This document shows, piece after piece, positions 47,737 through 58,400 of a stretch of 64,000 bases of DNA. Origin of the DNA: Candidatus Udaeobacter sp. (lineage in GTDB: Bacteria > Verrucomicrobiota > Verrucomicrobiia > Chthoniobacterales > UBA10450); assembly GCA_035315785.1 (NCBI GenBank), contig DATFXP010000018.1:576-64575 (forward strand), in the 5' to 3' direction. The stretch's first letter is position 1; every line of letters starts with the position of its first letter. A program made the position numbers and the translations under genes. The notes beneath the pieces are model-generated. The model did not search any database. It was not told the DNA's origin and worked only from the letters and a program-made list of their open reading frames with translations.

Positions 47737-48717
47737 CTAGCGAATTCGATGGCTCGTTTCCTCTGCCTTTCCACGTGTCACCAGACGCACGATCACTGCA
47801 ATTATGGCCAGTGCGATGACACCAATTCCGATATACAGCGGACTGATTTTGTCCATCAGGCCTTTTTTTTCTTCAGGCGTTGGGCTCGGAATCGGCGGCG
47901 TAGGCGAAGGAGACGCGTTCTTAGCTGCGAGCATCGACTGCGCATATTGCAGACGCTGAAATGTCTCGTTGTCCTGCGGATTGGCCTTTAGCACAACTTG
48001 ATAATCCGGGATCGCCTTCTCGTACTGCTGCGCCAGGCTATAGGTGTATCCGCGCTTAGTCAGCGCTTCCATGTCGTTCGGATTTTTCGTGATCAAAAAC
48101 GTGTAATCCGCAACGGCGGCGTCGTAGTTCTTCATTGTTCGATATGCCAACGCGCGCCGATCATAACTCTGTAGATCATCCGGTTTCTTTTGAATCACGG
48201 TCGAAAAATCGGCGACCGCTTTATCCGCTTGGTTGAGCCCAAGCTCCGCGAAGCCGCGAAATTTAATCGTATTGAGATCGTCCGGCTTGAGTTCCAACGC
48301 CTTGTTGAAATCAGCAAGGGCGGCGTCGTACTGTTTGAGTTCAGATAAGGTCTGACCGTGTTCCGTGTACGCGGAGGCATCCTTCGGCGCCAGTTCGATG
48401 TATTTTGCAAAATCTGCTAACGCGGATTGGTACCTGGTGGAAGCCCCCTCGGAATCTCCCGCTGCAACGGCAGCTCGCGCTCCCTGGCGATAGGCCGTTC
48501 CGCGATTTGCATATCCGCGGGGATCTTTCGGGTTATCTTTGATCGCCTTGCCGAATTCTTCAGCAGCGGCGTCGAACTGTTTTTGCTGGGCAAGCTCGAT
48601 GCCGCGTTGCATATGATTTCCACCGCCGCCCTTGGCCTGCTTGGCTGCGTCGACCTGAACTGCCGCACAACAAAGAACCGATACGATGGCGACACTGATT
48701 GGTTGCTTGTTCAACAT
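47737..48717 (-). CDS. TPR-repeat protein with a signal peptide and a C-terminal TM anchor
   Basis: Repeated A..Y..AL/A..DF..A 34-aa TPR pattern, a P/S/T linker (ASPSPTPPIPSPTPEE), then a hydrophobic tail. Start at MLNKQPIS (48717). Confidence 0.6.
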   Translation of the reverse strand: MLNKQPISVAIVSVLCCAAVQVDAAKQAKGGGGNHMQRGIELAQQKQFDAAAEEFGKAIKDNPKDPRGYANRGTAYRQGARAAVAAGDSEGASTRYQSALADFAKYIELAPKDASAYTEHGQTLSELKQYDAALADFNKALELKPDDLNTIKFRGFAELGLNQADKAVADFSTVIQKKPDDLQSYDRRALAYRTMKNYDAAVADYTFLITKNPNDMEALTKRGYTYSLAQQYEKAIPDYQVVLKANPQDNETFQRLQYAQSMLAAKNASPSPTPPIPSPTPEEKKGLMDKISPLYIGIGVIALAIIAVIVRLVTRGKAEETSHRIR

Positions 48718-48803
48718 ATGTATTTCTCCTTCTGGCCTACTTTTTGCGCGATTTACTAGTGACAGGCGAGAAAATTCATGCAACGAGCCATCTCAAAATT
48801 TAG

Positions 48804-49856
48804 GTGCACGCGGGATCCGATGCGCCGACGACAGCGCACGCTATGTCCGTTAAGCATGGCCGGATTATGCTTGATATGAACTACAAGATGTCTCCCCCGG
48901 ATAGCGACGCCGCGTCGCGCCGAAGTACCAATCTCTCGAAAGGCTACTCCGCCGTTTTTGTCACTGTGTTCATCTGGTCGGTGCCGTCGCTTTTCATGCT
49001 TTACCTGAATCGGTATTACGACCCCTGGGCGCAGAATTTCTATCGTTACTCGGTCGCATGTATCGCGATCGCTCCGTTTTTGTTCTACCAAATTCGCCGC
49101 GGCGGCCCACCCATCGGCCTGCGTGCGGTGAAACTTTGTTTGCCGCCGTGCTTGCCAAACGTGGTTCATCAAGTCACCCAAGTGATGGCGCTTTTTTATA
49201 TCGGGCCCGGCGTCTATACGATTTTCACTCGAGCTTCAGTCATTTTCACCGCCCTTTTGGCGCTGGCATTCTTTCCAGAGGAACGCGTCGTTATCCGGCA
49301 ATGGCAATTCCAGCTTGGTACCTTGCTTGGACTAATCGGCGCATTCGGGGTGATCTGGTTTCAGGCGAATGCGAACTCGCACGATCAACACATCGCATTG
49401 CCCGGATTGTTCATTGCCTTCACGGCCACATTCTGCTGGGCGCTTTACGGGGTTCTGATCAAACGCCCCTCAGCTGAGCTTGGATCGATCCGCAGCTTCG
49501 GCGTCGTCAGTTTCATTACTTCGGCATTGCTATTTCCGCTCACGCTCGCTTTCGGCAAAATCGGAACTCCGCTCCATGCCGGCGTGAACGCGAATCTGGT
49601 TCTGATCATCTCAGCAGTAACCTGTATTACGCTCGCCCACATTTTTTATTACGTGGCGATTCGGGAGATCGGAGTCGCACTATCTCAAAGCCTCCAACTT
49701 CTTTGCCCAGCCATCGCGATGGCGCTGTCTGCCTGGATTTATGGCGAACGACTCACGCACGCTCAGCTTTGGAGCGCCGGCATTCTGCTTATCGGTGCCT
49801 TCCTCGCAATGCGCACCAAACCCGTCGCCACAGCAGAAACAGCTGAAAATATTTAA
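48804..49856 (+). CDS. DMT-superfamily (EamA-like) transporter
   Basis: About 10 TM segments in a two-repeat arrangement. The start is uncertain and is probably an internal ATG near 48870. Confidence 0.55.
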   Translation: MHAGSDAPTTAHAMSVKHGRIMLDMNYKMSPPDSDAASRRSTNLSKGYSAVFVTVFIWSVPSLFMLYLNRYYDPWAQNFYRYSVACIAIAPFLFYQIRRGGPPIGLRAVKLCLPPCLPNVVHQVTQVMALFYIGPGVYTIFTRASVIFTALLALAFFPEERVVIRQWQFQLGTLLGLIGAFGVIWFQANANSHDQHIALPGLFIAFTATFCWALYGVLIKRPSAELGSIRSFGVVSFITSALLFPLTLAFGKIGTPLHAGVNANLVLIISAVTCITLAHIFYYVAIREIGVALSQSLQLLCPAIAMALSAWIYGERLTHAQLWSAGILLIGAFLAMRTKPVATAETAENI

Positions 49857-49949
49857 AAGCTGCGAAAGGCTGCTGGACGCTGGACACTCTGTGTTCGATT
49901 GCATTATCGAGTATCAGGAATCCAGCAATTCAGCAGCCGCTTTTGTTAC

Positions 49950-50834
49950 GTGAATCTCAAAAACTATCTCATCACTCGCCAAAAGCTGATCGACCTCGGT
50001 CTCGACCGCTATTTGCCGACGGTGAATACGAAGCCTGCGACCCTTCACCGGGCGATGCGCTACAGCTTGTTTGCCGGCGGAAAACGTTTGCGACCAATTC
50101 TGTGTCTGGCTGCGGCGGAAGCTTGTCGCGGCGAGATCAACGATGCCCTTCCGATGGCGTGCGCAGTTGAATGCATCCATACCTACTCGCTCGTGCACGA
50201 TGATCTTCCGAGCATGGACAACGATGATTTCCGACGCGGTCGTCCCACCTGTCACAAGGTTTTCGGAGAAGGCATCGCCGTACTCGCGGGCGACGCTCTG
50301 TTGACTATCGCGTTCGAAATTGTTTCACACGCGAATACAAGCCGGCGCTACGATCTGGCAACGCTCTTGCGCGAGATTTCCGTTGCGGCAGGTAGCCAAA
50401 AACTGATCGCCGGTCAGGTCGCCGATCTTGAAGCCGAAGGCAAAAACGTGAAACGCCGCGAGTTGCAGTTCATTCACGAGAACAAGACCGCGGCGATTTT
50501 GCGAACCTCAGTCCGACTGGGCGCGATGAGCGCCAACGCAGATGCCAGAAAGCTTTCCGCGATTACAACGTTCGGGCAACGGCTGGGGCTCGCTTTCCAA
50601 GTCATCGACGACATTCTCGACGTAACGCAGACCTCGGAAATTTTGGGCAAGAGCGCCGGCAAAGATGTGGCGGCAAAGAAGGCAACGTATCCTGCGGTTA
50701 TCGGCTTGGAGAAATCGCGCGCAGAAGCCAAACGTCTCACGCGCGAGGCCCACAATGTCTTGTCGATTTTTAATAATCATGACGCCGAAACGCTCCATGC
50801 GCTGGCAAACTACCTGCTCGAGCGTGAGTACTAG
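49950..50834 (+). CDS. ispA: Polyprenyl (farnesyl/geranylgeranyl) diphosphate synthase
   Basis: The two Asp-rich motifs are LVHDDLPSMDNDDFRRG and QVIDDILD. The GTG at 49950 gives a typical length. Confidence 0.75.
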   Translation: MNLKNYLITRQKLIDLGLDRYLPTVNTKPATLHRAMRYSLFAGGKRLRPILCLAAAEACRGEINDALPMACAVECIHTYSLVHDDLPSMDNDDFRRGRPTCHKVFGEGIAVLAGDALLTIAFEIVSHANTSRRYDLATLLREISVAAGSQKLIAGQVADLEAEGKNVKRRELQFIHENKTAAILRTSVRLGAMSANADARKLSAITTFGQRLGLAFQVIDDILDVTQTSEILGKSAGKDVAAKKATYPAVIGLEKSRAEAKRLTREAHNVLSIFNNHDAETLHALANYLLEREY

Positions 50835-50894
50835 TTGTGTAGCCGTCGCCCTTTGGGCCACGCAGTAGGTGGATGACAACCAATCCATGCAGGA

Positions 50895-50913
50895 CGCTTC
50901 GCGCAGCGAAGCG
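50895..50913. terminator. Perfect 8-bp GC hairpin between convergent ispA and tsaD
   Basis: CGCTTCGC-gca-GCGAAGCG. There is no clear U-run on either strand. Confidence 0.4.
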
Positions 50914-50914
50914 G

Positions 50915-52003
50915 CTACACCACGAGCGCCAAATTCGGATCAATCTCCTCGGTTACTTCCGATTGAAATCCAGCTTGTAATCTCAACAATGCCGCAAATG
51001 CGATCATCGCCGCATTATCGGTGCACAGCCACGGCTCGGCGCTTTTGACTTCGATTCCCTTGCGGTCGCTCGCATCGTGCATTTGGAGGCGTAATTCCTG
51101 ATTGCAACTAACGCCTCCGCTTATGGTCACGAGATCCACACGATATCTTGCCGCTGCCGCGATGGTCTTTGTCACAAGCACGTCAATGATTGCTTGCTGA
51201 AAAGATGCACAAAGATCACAAAGCGTTTGCTCATCCAAACCGTAGGGCGTCTGTGTCAGGCGCTGTCCCTCGCCCAGGCTAATTTTTGACAACAAGTACC
51301 GCACCGCAGTCTTTAATCCGCTAAAGCTAAAGTTCTTCGAGGCGAGCATGCTGCGGGGAAAATTAAAACGTTTCGGATCGCCGCCGCGCGCATGCTTTTC
51401 GATTTCCGGGCCGCCGGGATAACCGAGTCCAAGCATTTTGGCTACTTTGTCGAATGCTTCACCCGCGGCGTCATCAACCGTGTGGCCGATGAGTTGGTAA
51501 TTTGTTAGGCCACGAACGAAGATCAGCATTGTGTGTCCGCCACTGACGATGAGCGACACATTTGGCTTGATGTCGTTACCGCCGTCTTTTTCGACGCCAA
51601 AGAATGGCGAGAGCAAATGTCCTTCGAGATGATTGATACCTAGGTAGCGTTTGCCGAACCCGATTGCCAATCCTTTCGCAATCGATGCCCCGATCATCAA
51701 CGAACTCGCCAACCCGGGGCCACAGGTGGCAGCGAACGCATCGATTTCTGAAAACCGGGTTTTCGCTGCGGCCGCAGCGCGATCGAGCAGCCGCGGAGCG
51801 TAGATCAGGTGATTGCGCGACGCGACTTCCGGTACAATCCCGCCGTATTTTTCATGAGCCGCGACCTGGGACGCCACTTCGCTCGCAAGCAGGCAGGGAT
51901 GCCGCACCGCGGCGTCCAGTCGGCGCAGCGCGACCCTACCATCATCGCCCAAGATCGCTACGGCCGTCTCGTCACAGGACGTTTCTAATGCCAGCACTGT
52001 CAT
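50915..52003 (-). CDS. tsaD: tRNA N6-adenosine threonylcarbamoyltransferase
   Basis: MTVLALETSCDETAV, INHLEGHLL and SGGVSCN motifs. The 15 extra N-terminal codons in the ORF track are a translated repeat element. Confidence 0.85.
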   Translation of the reverse strand: MTVLALETSCDETAVAILGDDGRVALRRLDAAVRHPCLLASEVASQVAAHEKYGGIVPEVASRNHLIYAPRLLDRAAAAAKTRFSEIDAFAATCGPGLASSLMIGASIAKGLAIGFGKRYLGINHLEGHLLSPFFGVEKDGGNDIKPNVSLIVSGGHTMLIFVRGLTNYQLIGHTVDDAAGEAFDKVAKMLGLGYPGGPEIEKHARGGDPKRFNFPRSMLASKNFSFSGLKTAVRYLLSKISLGEGQRLTQTPYGLDEQTLCDLCASFQQAIIDVLVTKTIAAAARYRVDLVTISGGVSCNQELRLQMHDASDRKGIEVKSAEPWLCTDNAAMIAFAALLRLQAGFQSEVTEEIDPNLALVV

Positions 52004-52093
52004 GTCGAGCGAAGTCGAGACATCTCTCGAAGTTACACTGCGCGGCACATCAGAAGAAAATCAGAGATTCCTCGACCCCGCTCGGAATGACAG
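51997..52093. repeat. 31-nt inverted repeat pair of the 'GTCATTCCGAGCGAAGTCGAGG' family spanning the ctpA-tsaD spacer
   Basis: ctgtcatgtcgagcgaagtcgagacatctct (51997-52027) pairs with the reverse complement of 52063-52093 (ctgtcattccgagcggggtcgaggaatctct), about 25/31 matching. The left arm contains the tsaD ATG. Confidence 0.6.
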
Positions 52094-52099
52094 AAGAAA

Positions 52100-53398
52100 T
52101 TATTTCTTTACCGCTTCCGCCTTCGGCGCGCTTTGCTGTGCGTAAATCATCACGCCTTTGAGGGCGTCGATAGCACGCAACATCTGTGGATCCTTTGTCT
52201 TAATGATGCTGGTCTCGTCTTCTAGCTTAACGTTTCCTGTATTGCGCAGCGCATAGAGAGCGCGCTCCTGTTCGGCGGTCATGCCGACACGAATATTCGG
52301 CGTCACGCCGTTACCTTGAATGACCTGTCTGCTGGGCGTGTAGTACTTCGCTGTAGTAAAACGCACCGCGGAACCGTCCGGCAATTGCAGCACATTCTGG
52401 ACGGAACCCTTTCCAAAGGTGGTTTCACCAACCAGGACCGCTCGACGCAAATCTTTGAGCGCACCTGCAACGATCTCCGCACCGCTCGCGCTACCTTCGT
52501 TCACCAGCAACGCCATCGGAAAATTCGGACGCGGCTTACTGACGGCGGAAGTCGAATAATCATGCTGTTGAGAAGGAACCCGGCCCTGCGTCGAAACGAC
52601 CTTTGTGTTGGGTGGCAAAAATTGACCGCACACATCCACTGCGCTGTTTAATAACCCACCCGGATTATTTCGCAGATCGAGTATCAGCGCCTGCATGCCC
52701 TGCTTCTGCAAATCATCAATCGCTTTCGATAATTCATCGGCCGTCGGTTCGTTGAACTGGATCAGCCGGAGGTAACCAATCCTGAATGGGCCGGTCAGCT
52801 CCGACGGCAGCAATCTTTCTCCCTTAACACTTTGGATTTTTATTTCTGCGCGCTGGAGCGTGTATTCCTTGATTTCCTTCGTTGAGGGCCGCAAGAGCGT
52901 CAGATTGACTTTTGCGCCTGCTGGTCCTCGTAGAACATTGATCGCGTCCTGGAGATCCATTCTGTCCGTCGACATGCCATTAATCCGCAGGATTTGATCG
53001 CCGGAAAGAATTCCCGCTTTGGCGGCAGGCGTATCTTCCATGGCCGTTACCACAGTAGGCAGGCCATTTTTCATCGAGACTTCAATGCCGAGACCATTGA
53101 AGCGGCTGCGCGTATCGTCCTGCATGTCTCGAAAATCATCGGGGTCCATGAACTGGCTGTGCGGATCCAGTGACGAAAGCATCCCCTTCATTGCGGCGCT
53201 GACGAGATCGTGATAGCTCGTCTTGTTCTCGTCGACGTAGTCCTGCCGGATCAGCTCCAAGGCCTTTGCGAAAATCGCCATCTGCGAGTAGCCGTTATCC
53301 TCTTCGGTCTTTGGCGGCTGGACTTCCTGCGCAAGAGCGCCGGGGATAGCGCCGAACAGGACACAAGCCAACAACGGAATGATTACGACCCGCCTCAT
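52100..53398 (-). CDS. ctpA: S41 carboxyl-terminal processing protease
   Basis: Signal peptide MRRVVIIPLLACVLFGAIPGALA, a PDZ segment, GSASGAEIVAGAL (Ser) and TFGKGSVQ (Lys). Confidence 0.8.
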   Translation of the reverse strand: MRRVVIIPLLACVLFGAIPGALAQEVQPPKTEEDNGYSQMAIFAKALELIRQDYVDENKTSYHDLVSAAMKGMLSSLDPHSQFMDPDDFRDMQDDTRSRFNGLGIEVSMKNGLPTVVTAMEDTPAAKAGILSGDQILRINGMSTDRMDLQDAINVLRGPAGAKVNLTLLRPSTKEIKEYTLQRAEIKIQSVKGERLLPSELTGPFRIGYLRLIQFNEPTADELSKAIDDLQKQGMQALILDLRNNPGGLLNSAVDVCGQFLPPNTKVVSTQGRVPSQQHDYSTSAVSKPRPNFPMALLVNEGSASGAEIVAGALKDLRRAVLVGETTFGKGSVQNVLQLPDGSAVRFTTAKYYTPSRQVIQGNGVTPNIRVGMTAEQERALYALRNTGNVKLEDETSIIKTKDPQMLRAIDALKGVMIYAQQSAPKAEAVKK

Positions 53399-53554
53399 GT
53401 TTTGCCCACGATCGGACAATCCCGATAATCGCTCATGAGCGAATTTTGGCAACGCCCAACGCACAGTGTTGTCTGTAGTGAAACCCCAATCCGAGATTCG
53501 CAAATGAGTGACAGCTTCCCTGCGGAACACAAACCAGTAAAACGGCTTCATTCT

Positions 53555-55369
53555 ATGTCGCGTGGTTCCACCAGGCTGAAGCCCGTCGCCCATGAGAAGA
53601 CGGAATGGAAACGTTTTTGGCTTTTCGTCCTTCCGGTGGCGTTCTCAGTCGCAAACGCGGTCTTCGCCGCGCAGCCGCAAGATGCTGAATACGACGCCGT
53701 AGCCGAGGAATATGTGAAAACGTATCTGGCCGCTCATCCGCTCCAGGGAACCGCTCTTGGCTTTCACGAGTACGATGGCAAAATCAGCGATTACAGCCGC
53801 CTCGCGCTCGACGCCGAACTCTCCCGGCTCCGGCGATTCGACGATCGGCTGGCGAAGTTTGATCCGGCCAAGCTGAGTCAGCGGCAATCGATCGACCTCC
53901 GAATCCTGCAGGCAGCAGTGAAGCGCGAGCTGTTCGAAATGCAGGACATGTCGGCGTTCGAACGAAACCCGATGGTCTATGCGCGCGCAGGTGACGTGAA
54001 TGTCTATATCAAAAGGAATTTTGCGCCGCTCGAAGACCGCGTTCGCAGTATTGTCGCCATAGAATCACAAATCCCAAACATCCTGATCGCGGCGCGAACA
54101 AACCTCGATGAGAAGCTTCCAAAGCCGTTCGTCGAGCTCGCGATTCAAATCGCCAGAGGTTCCGCGGATTTTCTGAAAAAAGATCTTGTTGCCGCTGTGA
54201 GCGGCCTGAAAGACGACCAGCTCCGGGTCGCATTTCAGGCAGCCAACCGCAAGGCCGCAAAGGCGCTCAGTGACTACGCAACATGGCTGGAAAGAGAGAA
54301 ACTTCCCAAAGCCACACTCGATTTCGCTCTTGGTGAAGAAAAATTCGGGCGCTTCCTGGCACAGACGGAGCTGGTCGATCTCCCCCCACAAAAAGTTCTC
54401 GAGATCGGCATGACGCAACTAAAAGCTGAACAGGACGCATTCGCCGAGGCGGCCAAGAAGATCGACCCAAACAAACCCGCGCTTGAGGTTTTCAAGCAAA
54501 TCCAGAGCGAACACCCGGCTTCGGACAAATTGATCCCGAACATTGCCAAAGATCTGGACAAGATTCGTAAATACGTCATGAGCCGTAAGTTGGTCGGAAT
54601 TCCGTCGGAGGTTCGCGCAAAAGTGAAAGAGACCCCGCAATATCTGCGCGCCACCTCCTTTGCGTCGATGGATACTCCAGGTCCGTTCGAAAAACGTGCG
54701 ACCGAAGCCTATTACTACGTCACACCGACGGAAGAAGATTGGCCGCCGCAAGAAAAGGAGGAATGGCTCACCGCGTTTAATTATTACACCTCGGATGTTG
54801 TCTCAATTCATGAGGTCTATCCCGGACATTACGTCCAGTTCCTCCACTTGAATGCCTCGCCCGCCAGCAAAGTAGAAAAGATCTTCGGTAGCTACGCCTT
54901 CATTGAAGGCTGGGCGCACTACTGCGAAAAAATGATGATCGACGACGGATTCGGCGGCCCCTCGAATTCCAGTCCAAGCGAAGATGATGTGAAACGCGCG
55001 GCAAAATATCGCATGGCGCAGGCGGATGAAGCACTGCTGCGCCTTTGCCGGCTATGTGTGTCCATCAAAGTGCACACGCAAAACATGTCGATTGACGACG
55101 CGACGAAGTTTTTTCAGGACAATTGTTACTACGAACCGAAGCCCGCGCGCCAGGAAGCTGTGCGCGCCACGTTTGATCCGGGCTACCTGAATTACACTCT
55201 TGGCAAATTGCAGATCCTGAAATTGCGCGACGACTACAAGGCGCAACAGGGCGACGAATTCTCGGTGCAAAAATTCCATAACGAATTGCTCGCCCACGGC
55301 ATGCCACCCATCCGTCTTCTCCGAGAAATCATGCTCAAAGACCAGAGCAAATGGAACCAGGTGTTGTAG
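53555..55369 (+). CDS. DUF885-family protein (second paralogue)
   Basis: HEVYPGHYVQFLH and YTLGKLQILKLR motifs. The start is uncertain (53435, 53504 or 53555). Confidence 0.65.
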   Translation: MSRGSTRLKPVAHEKTEWKRFWLFVLPVAFSVANAVFAAQPQDAEYDAVAEEYVKTYLAAHPLQGTALGFHEYDGKISDYSRLALDAELSRLRRFDDRLAKFDPAKLSQRQSIDLRILQAAVKRELFEMQDMSAFERNPMVYARAGDVNVYIKRNFAPLEDRVRSIVAIESQIPNILIAARTNLDEKLPKPFVELAIQIARGSADFLKKDLVAAVSGLKDDQLRVAFQAANRKAAKALSDYATWLEREKLPKATLDFALGEEKFGRFLAQTELVDLPPQKVLEIGMTQLKAEQDAFAEAAKKIDPNKPALEVFKQIQSEHPASDKLIPNIAKDLDKIRKYVMSRKLVGIPSEVRAKVKETPQYLRATSFASMDTPGPFEKRATEAYYYVTPTEEDWPPQEKEEWLTAFNYYTSDVVSIHEVYPGHYVQFLHLNASPASKVEKIFGSYAFIEGWAHYCEKMMIDDGFGGPSNSSPSEDDVKRAAKYRMAQADEALLRLCRLCVSIKVHTQNMSIDDATKFFQDNCYYEPKPARQEAVRATFDPGYLNYTLGKLQILKLRDDYKAQQGDEFSVQKFHNELLAHGMPPIRLLREIMLKDQSKWNQVL

Positions 55370-55436
55370 CTTCTTCAACCCGCGCTGCATTGCACGGCTT
55401 CGTGCTTTCGCGTAACATTTGCATCCGAAAATCACT

Positions 55437-58400
55437 ATGACAGAGCTGGTTTCATCGATGGCCGATAAGATCGACCGCACGATGCAGCGGGTAATCCCGC
55501 TGGCGTATCGTGTGCGACGAACTGGCCGGCGTCTAGTGCGTCGCGCGTTGCGCAAGCCGCGCAGTGTCTCGGAAGGGCCGAACCTTCTGCCGTTGTTGAT
55601 TCAGGTGCTGGCGAGTTTCACCAAAGCCGACGGCGTCATCATGGAGGAAGAGATCGACTCGAGTCTCGGCTTTCTGCGTTACGACTATCCGGAAGCGGTT
55701 TACTCCGAATTACGACAGTTGTTTCGCCAGGCGCTTTACGAGCAGCAGGACCTCGCAGCGATGGCACAAAAACTGGGCGCGCAATTGAGCACCGAACGCA
55801 AGATCATGCTCGGGGTCCAATTGTATGACCTCATCTCGCAAGCGGGTCTGAAACAGGAGCAAGTCGTCGCGTTCTATTCGTTCATGTCCCAGATGGGGAT
55901 GGCCGCGCAGGCGATCGATATCGTTTATCAACTCAACGCATCAGAAGAATCCGATCCGGCGATTTACCAGCATGGCGCGTCCCCGCTCGAATCGCTTTCG
56001 TTCGGGGTGGACAGCAAGGCGGACATCATACTCAAGAACCTGGCTGAGATCGATCGGCTGATGGCGTTCCGATATCACGACCTCATTCTTTTGAAAAACT
56101 ACAGCGGCCAAAATGTGTCCGTGCGCGGAAGACCATTGGTACGCGGCGGATTCTGTCGAATTTACCCCGGTCAACGAATCTTGATCGGCGACCAGGTGCT
56201 CAGTTATCAGGAGCTTGCGCAATATTTCAATGCGAAGAAGAACGTCTCGCTTCCGGAAATCTTTATCCGGGTAACCAAAGACGCGGAGCAAGTGCAGTTG
56301 GAGCGCTCACGCACGCGTGAAAGCGCGCTACGCGTCACCTTCGGACTCAAAGTGCGCGTCAAAGCATTGCGCGACATCGATGCGGAGCTCAAGGGAGTTC
56401 GCCTCAAAGCCGGCACTCAGGTCGACACAACGCTGGAAGACAAGATTATTTTCCACAATGATACCGAGCTGGATCTGAATGACCTGCGTCGGCGCGCGCG
56501 CGCGCTCGGTGGTCGATTCCAACTGAAAGCTTCGAAATCGGAATATTTGGTGTCGAATGATCCGAGCCGCCTGCAAGCAGACGATATTCTGCTTTCTCCA
56601 GGCACGGCAGGAGATGTGCTGCTGAAAATATTTTGCGATTACGACCGGCGAGTAGGCACTCTCGAGGTCATTGAAGCGGACCGTCGAATCATGGTGGGCG
56701 ACAGTCCTGTCCGCACGACCGCGGAGCTAAAGGACGGCGACATTATTCGAATCGACGTCGGACAGGTTCTGCGATGCAATTTCTTGGAGCGCATCATCGA
56801 GGAGGAGCGAAACATCATTCGCAGCCTCGAGCTGAACGAAATCACACACCGCTTTGGCAAAGGCGAGGTTGGCCTCGATGGAATTTCCTTCACCATCACC
56901 CGTGGAGAGCTTGTTTGCGTGATGGGAGCAAGCGGTGCGGGCAAAAGCACGCTGATGCGAGTGCTTGCCGGCCAGCTTCAGCCGACGAGCGGCGAAGTTT
57001 TGCTCAACGGACAATCTCTTTATCGAAATCTCGACGTCCTGAAGCAGTACGTCAGTTACATGCCGCAACAGGACGCGTTCGATGAACACCTCACCATTGG
57101 TGAGAATTTGCAGTTCGCGGCAGCGATCCGTGCACCGCATCTCTCGAAACGCGACCGGGTCCGCCGACTGGACGCAAAGCTGATCGAGCTCGGTCTAAGC
57201 GAACGTCGCGACGCCGTAGTCGGGAGTCCCGAGAAGAAGACGTTAAGCGGTGGCGAGCGAAAACGGCTTAACATCGGCCTCGATATGATCGGAATGTCGG
57301 ACGTTTATCTGTTTGACGAACCAACTTCCGGTCTCTCGTCGAAAGATTCCGAGCACGTCATCGAAATCATCCGGAGCATGGCGCACAACAAGATCGTCAT
57401 CGTTACGATTCACCAGCCGAGCTCGAAAATTTTCCAGATGTTCCAGAAGGTGATCTTGCTCGACAAAGGTGGCCGACTCGTGTTTTTCGGTGCGCCTTCC
57501 GATGCCCTGCGGTATTTCGCCGAAGCCGAACATCAACACCAATTCGGTGCCGAACTTGGTGCATGTCCATCATGCGGAACCACCCGGCCGGAATTCATCT
57601 TTGATGTGCTCGAGACGCCGCTGCGCGATTTGAGCGGTGACGTTATCTACGAGGAAAACAGCCGTGGACAACTCGTCCCGGCGCGCCGTTACGCGCCGGA
57701 TTTTTGGCGCGACAAATACGAAGCGTTCCGATTGATCCAGGACGTAAAGCAAGTCTCGCTGCAACAAGAGGAGGCCGACTCGTTGCCGGTCGCACCGGTG
57801 CAAAGGAAGCGGTTGCCGCTGCGGTGGCACGATGAGTGGACGCAATTTCGCACGCTGTTGCGCCGCGCTTTCACGAGCAAACTACGCAATAAAGCGAACC
57901 TGGTAATCACCATAGGCGTCTCGCCGGTGTTGGCGCTGCTAATTGGGACAATCCTGCGTTACTCAGAAACCGGCACGTACGATTTTGCGTCGGCTTATCA
58001 TATCCCGACGTATTTGTTTCTCGGTCTGATCGTCGCAATGTTTCTCGGACTGACGAACAGCGCCGATGACATCATCCGGGATCGGCCGGTGCTGCAACGC
58101 GAGCGCAACATCAAGGTGCGCCTGTCCTACTACGTAATCTCCAAGACGATCACGCTCGGATTTTTCGCGCTCATTCAATGCGTTCTTTTTGTGTTGATCG
58201 GCAATTTCGTCCTGCAAATCCGGGGCATGTTCTGGATCGACCTGACCATTATGTTCCTGACGGCGATGAGCGGCGTGGCGTTGGGTCTGGTGATTTCGTC
58301 TCTCGTGGCCGACCCGAAAACCGCGGCCAACATCGTTCCGCTGGTTTTGATTCCACAGATCATCATGGGCGGCGCGCTCATCAAATACGAGGACATGAAC

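Noticed and set aside
52004-52048. N-terminal extension of tsaD (MPRSVTSRDVSTSLD) and the analogous extensions of the M24 peptidase (59052-59123) and DUF885 (42782-42820)
   Set aside because: The extensions are translations of the GTCATTCCGAGCGAAG repeat element. Canonical N-termini begin at internal start codons.
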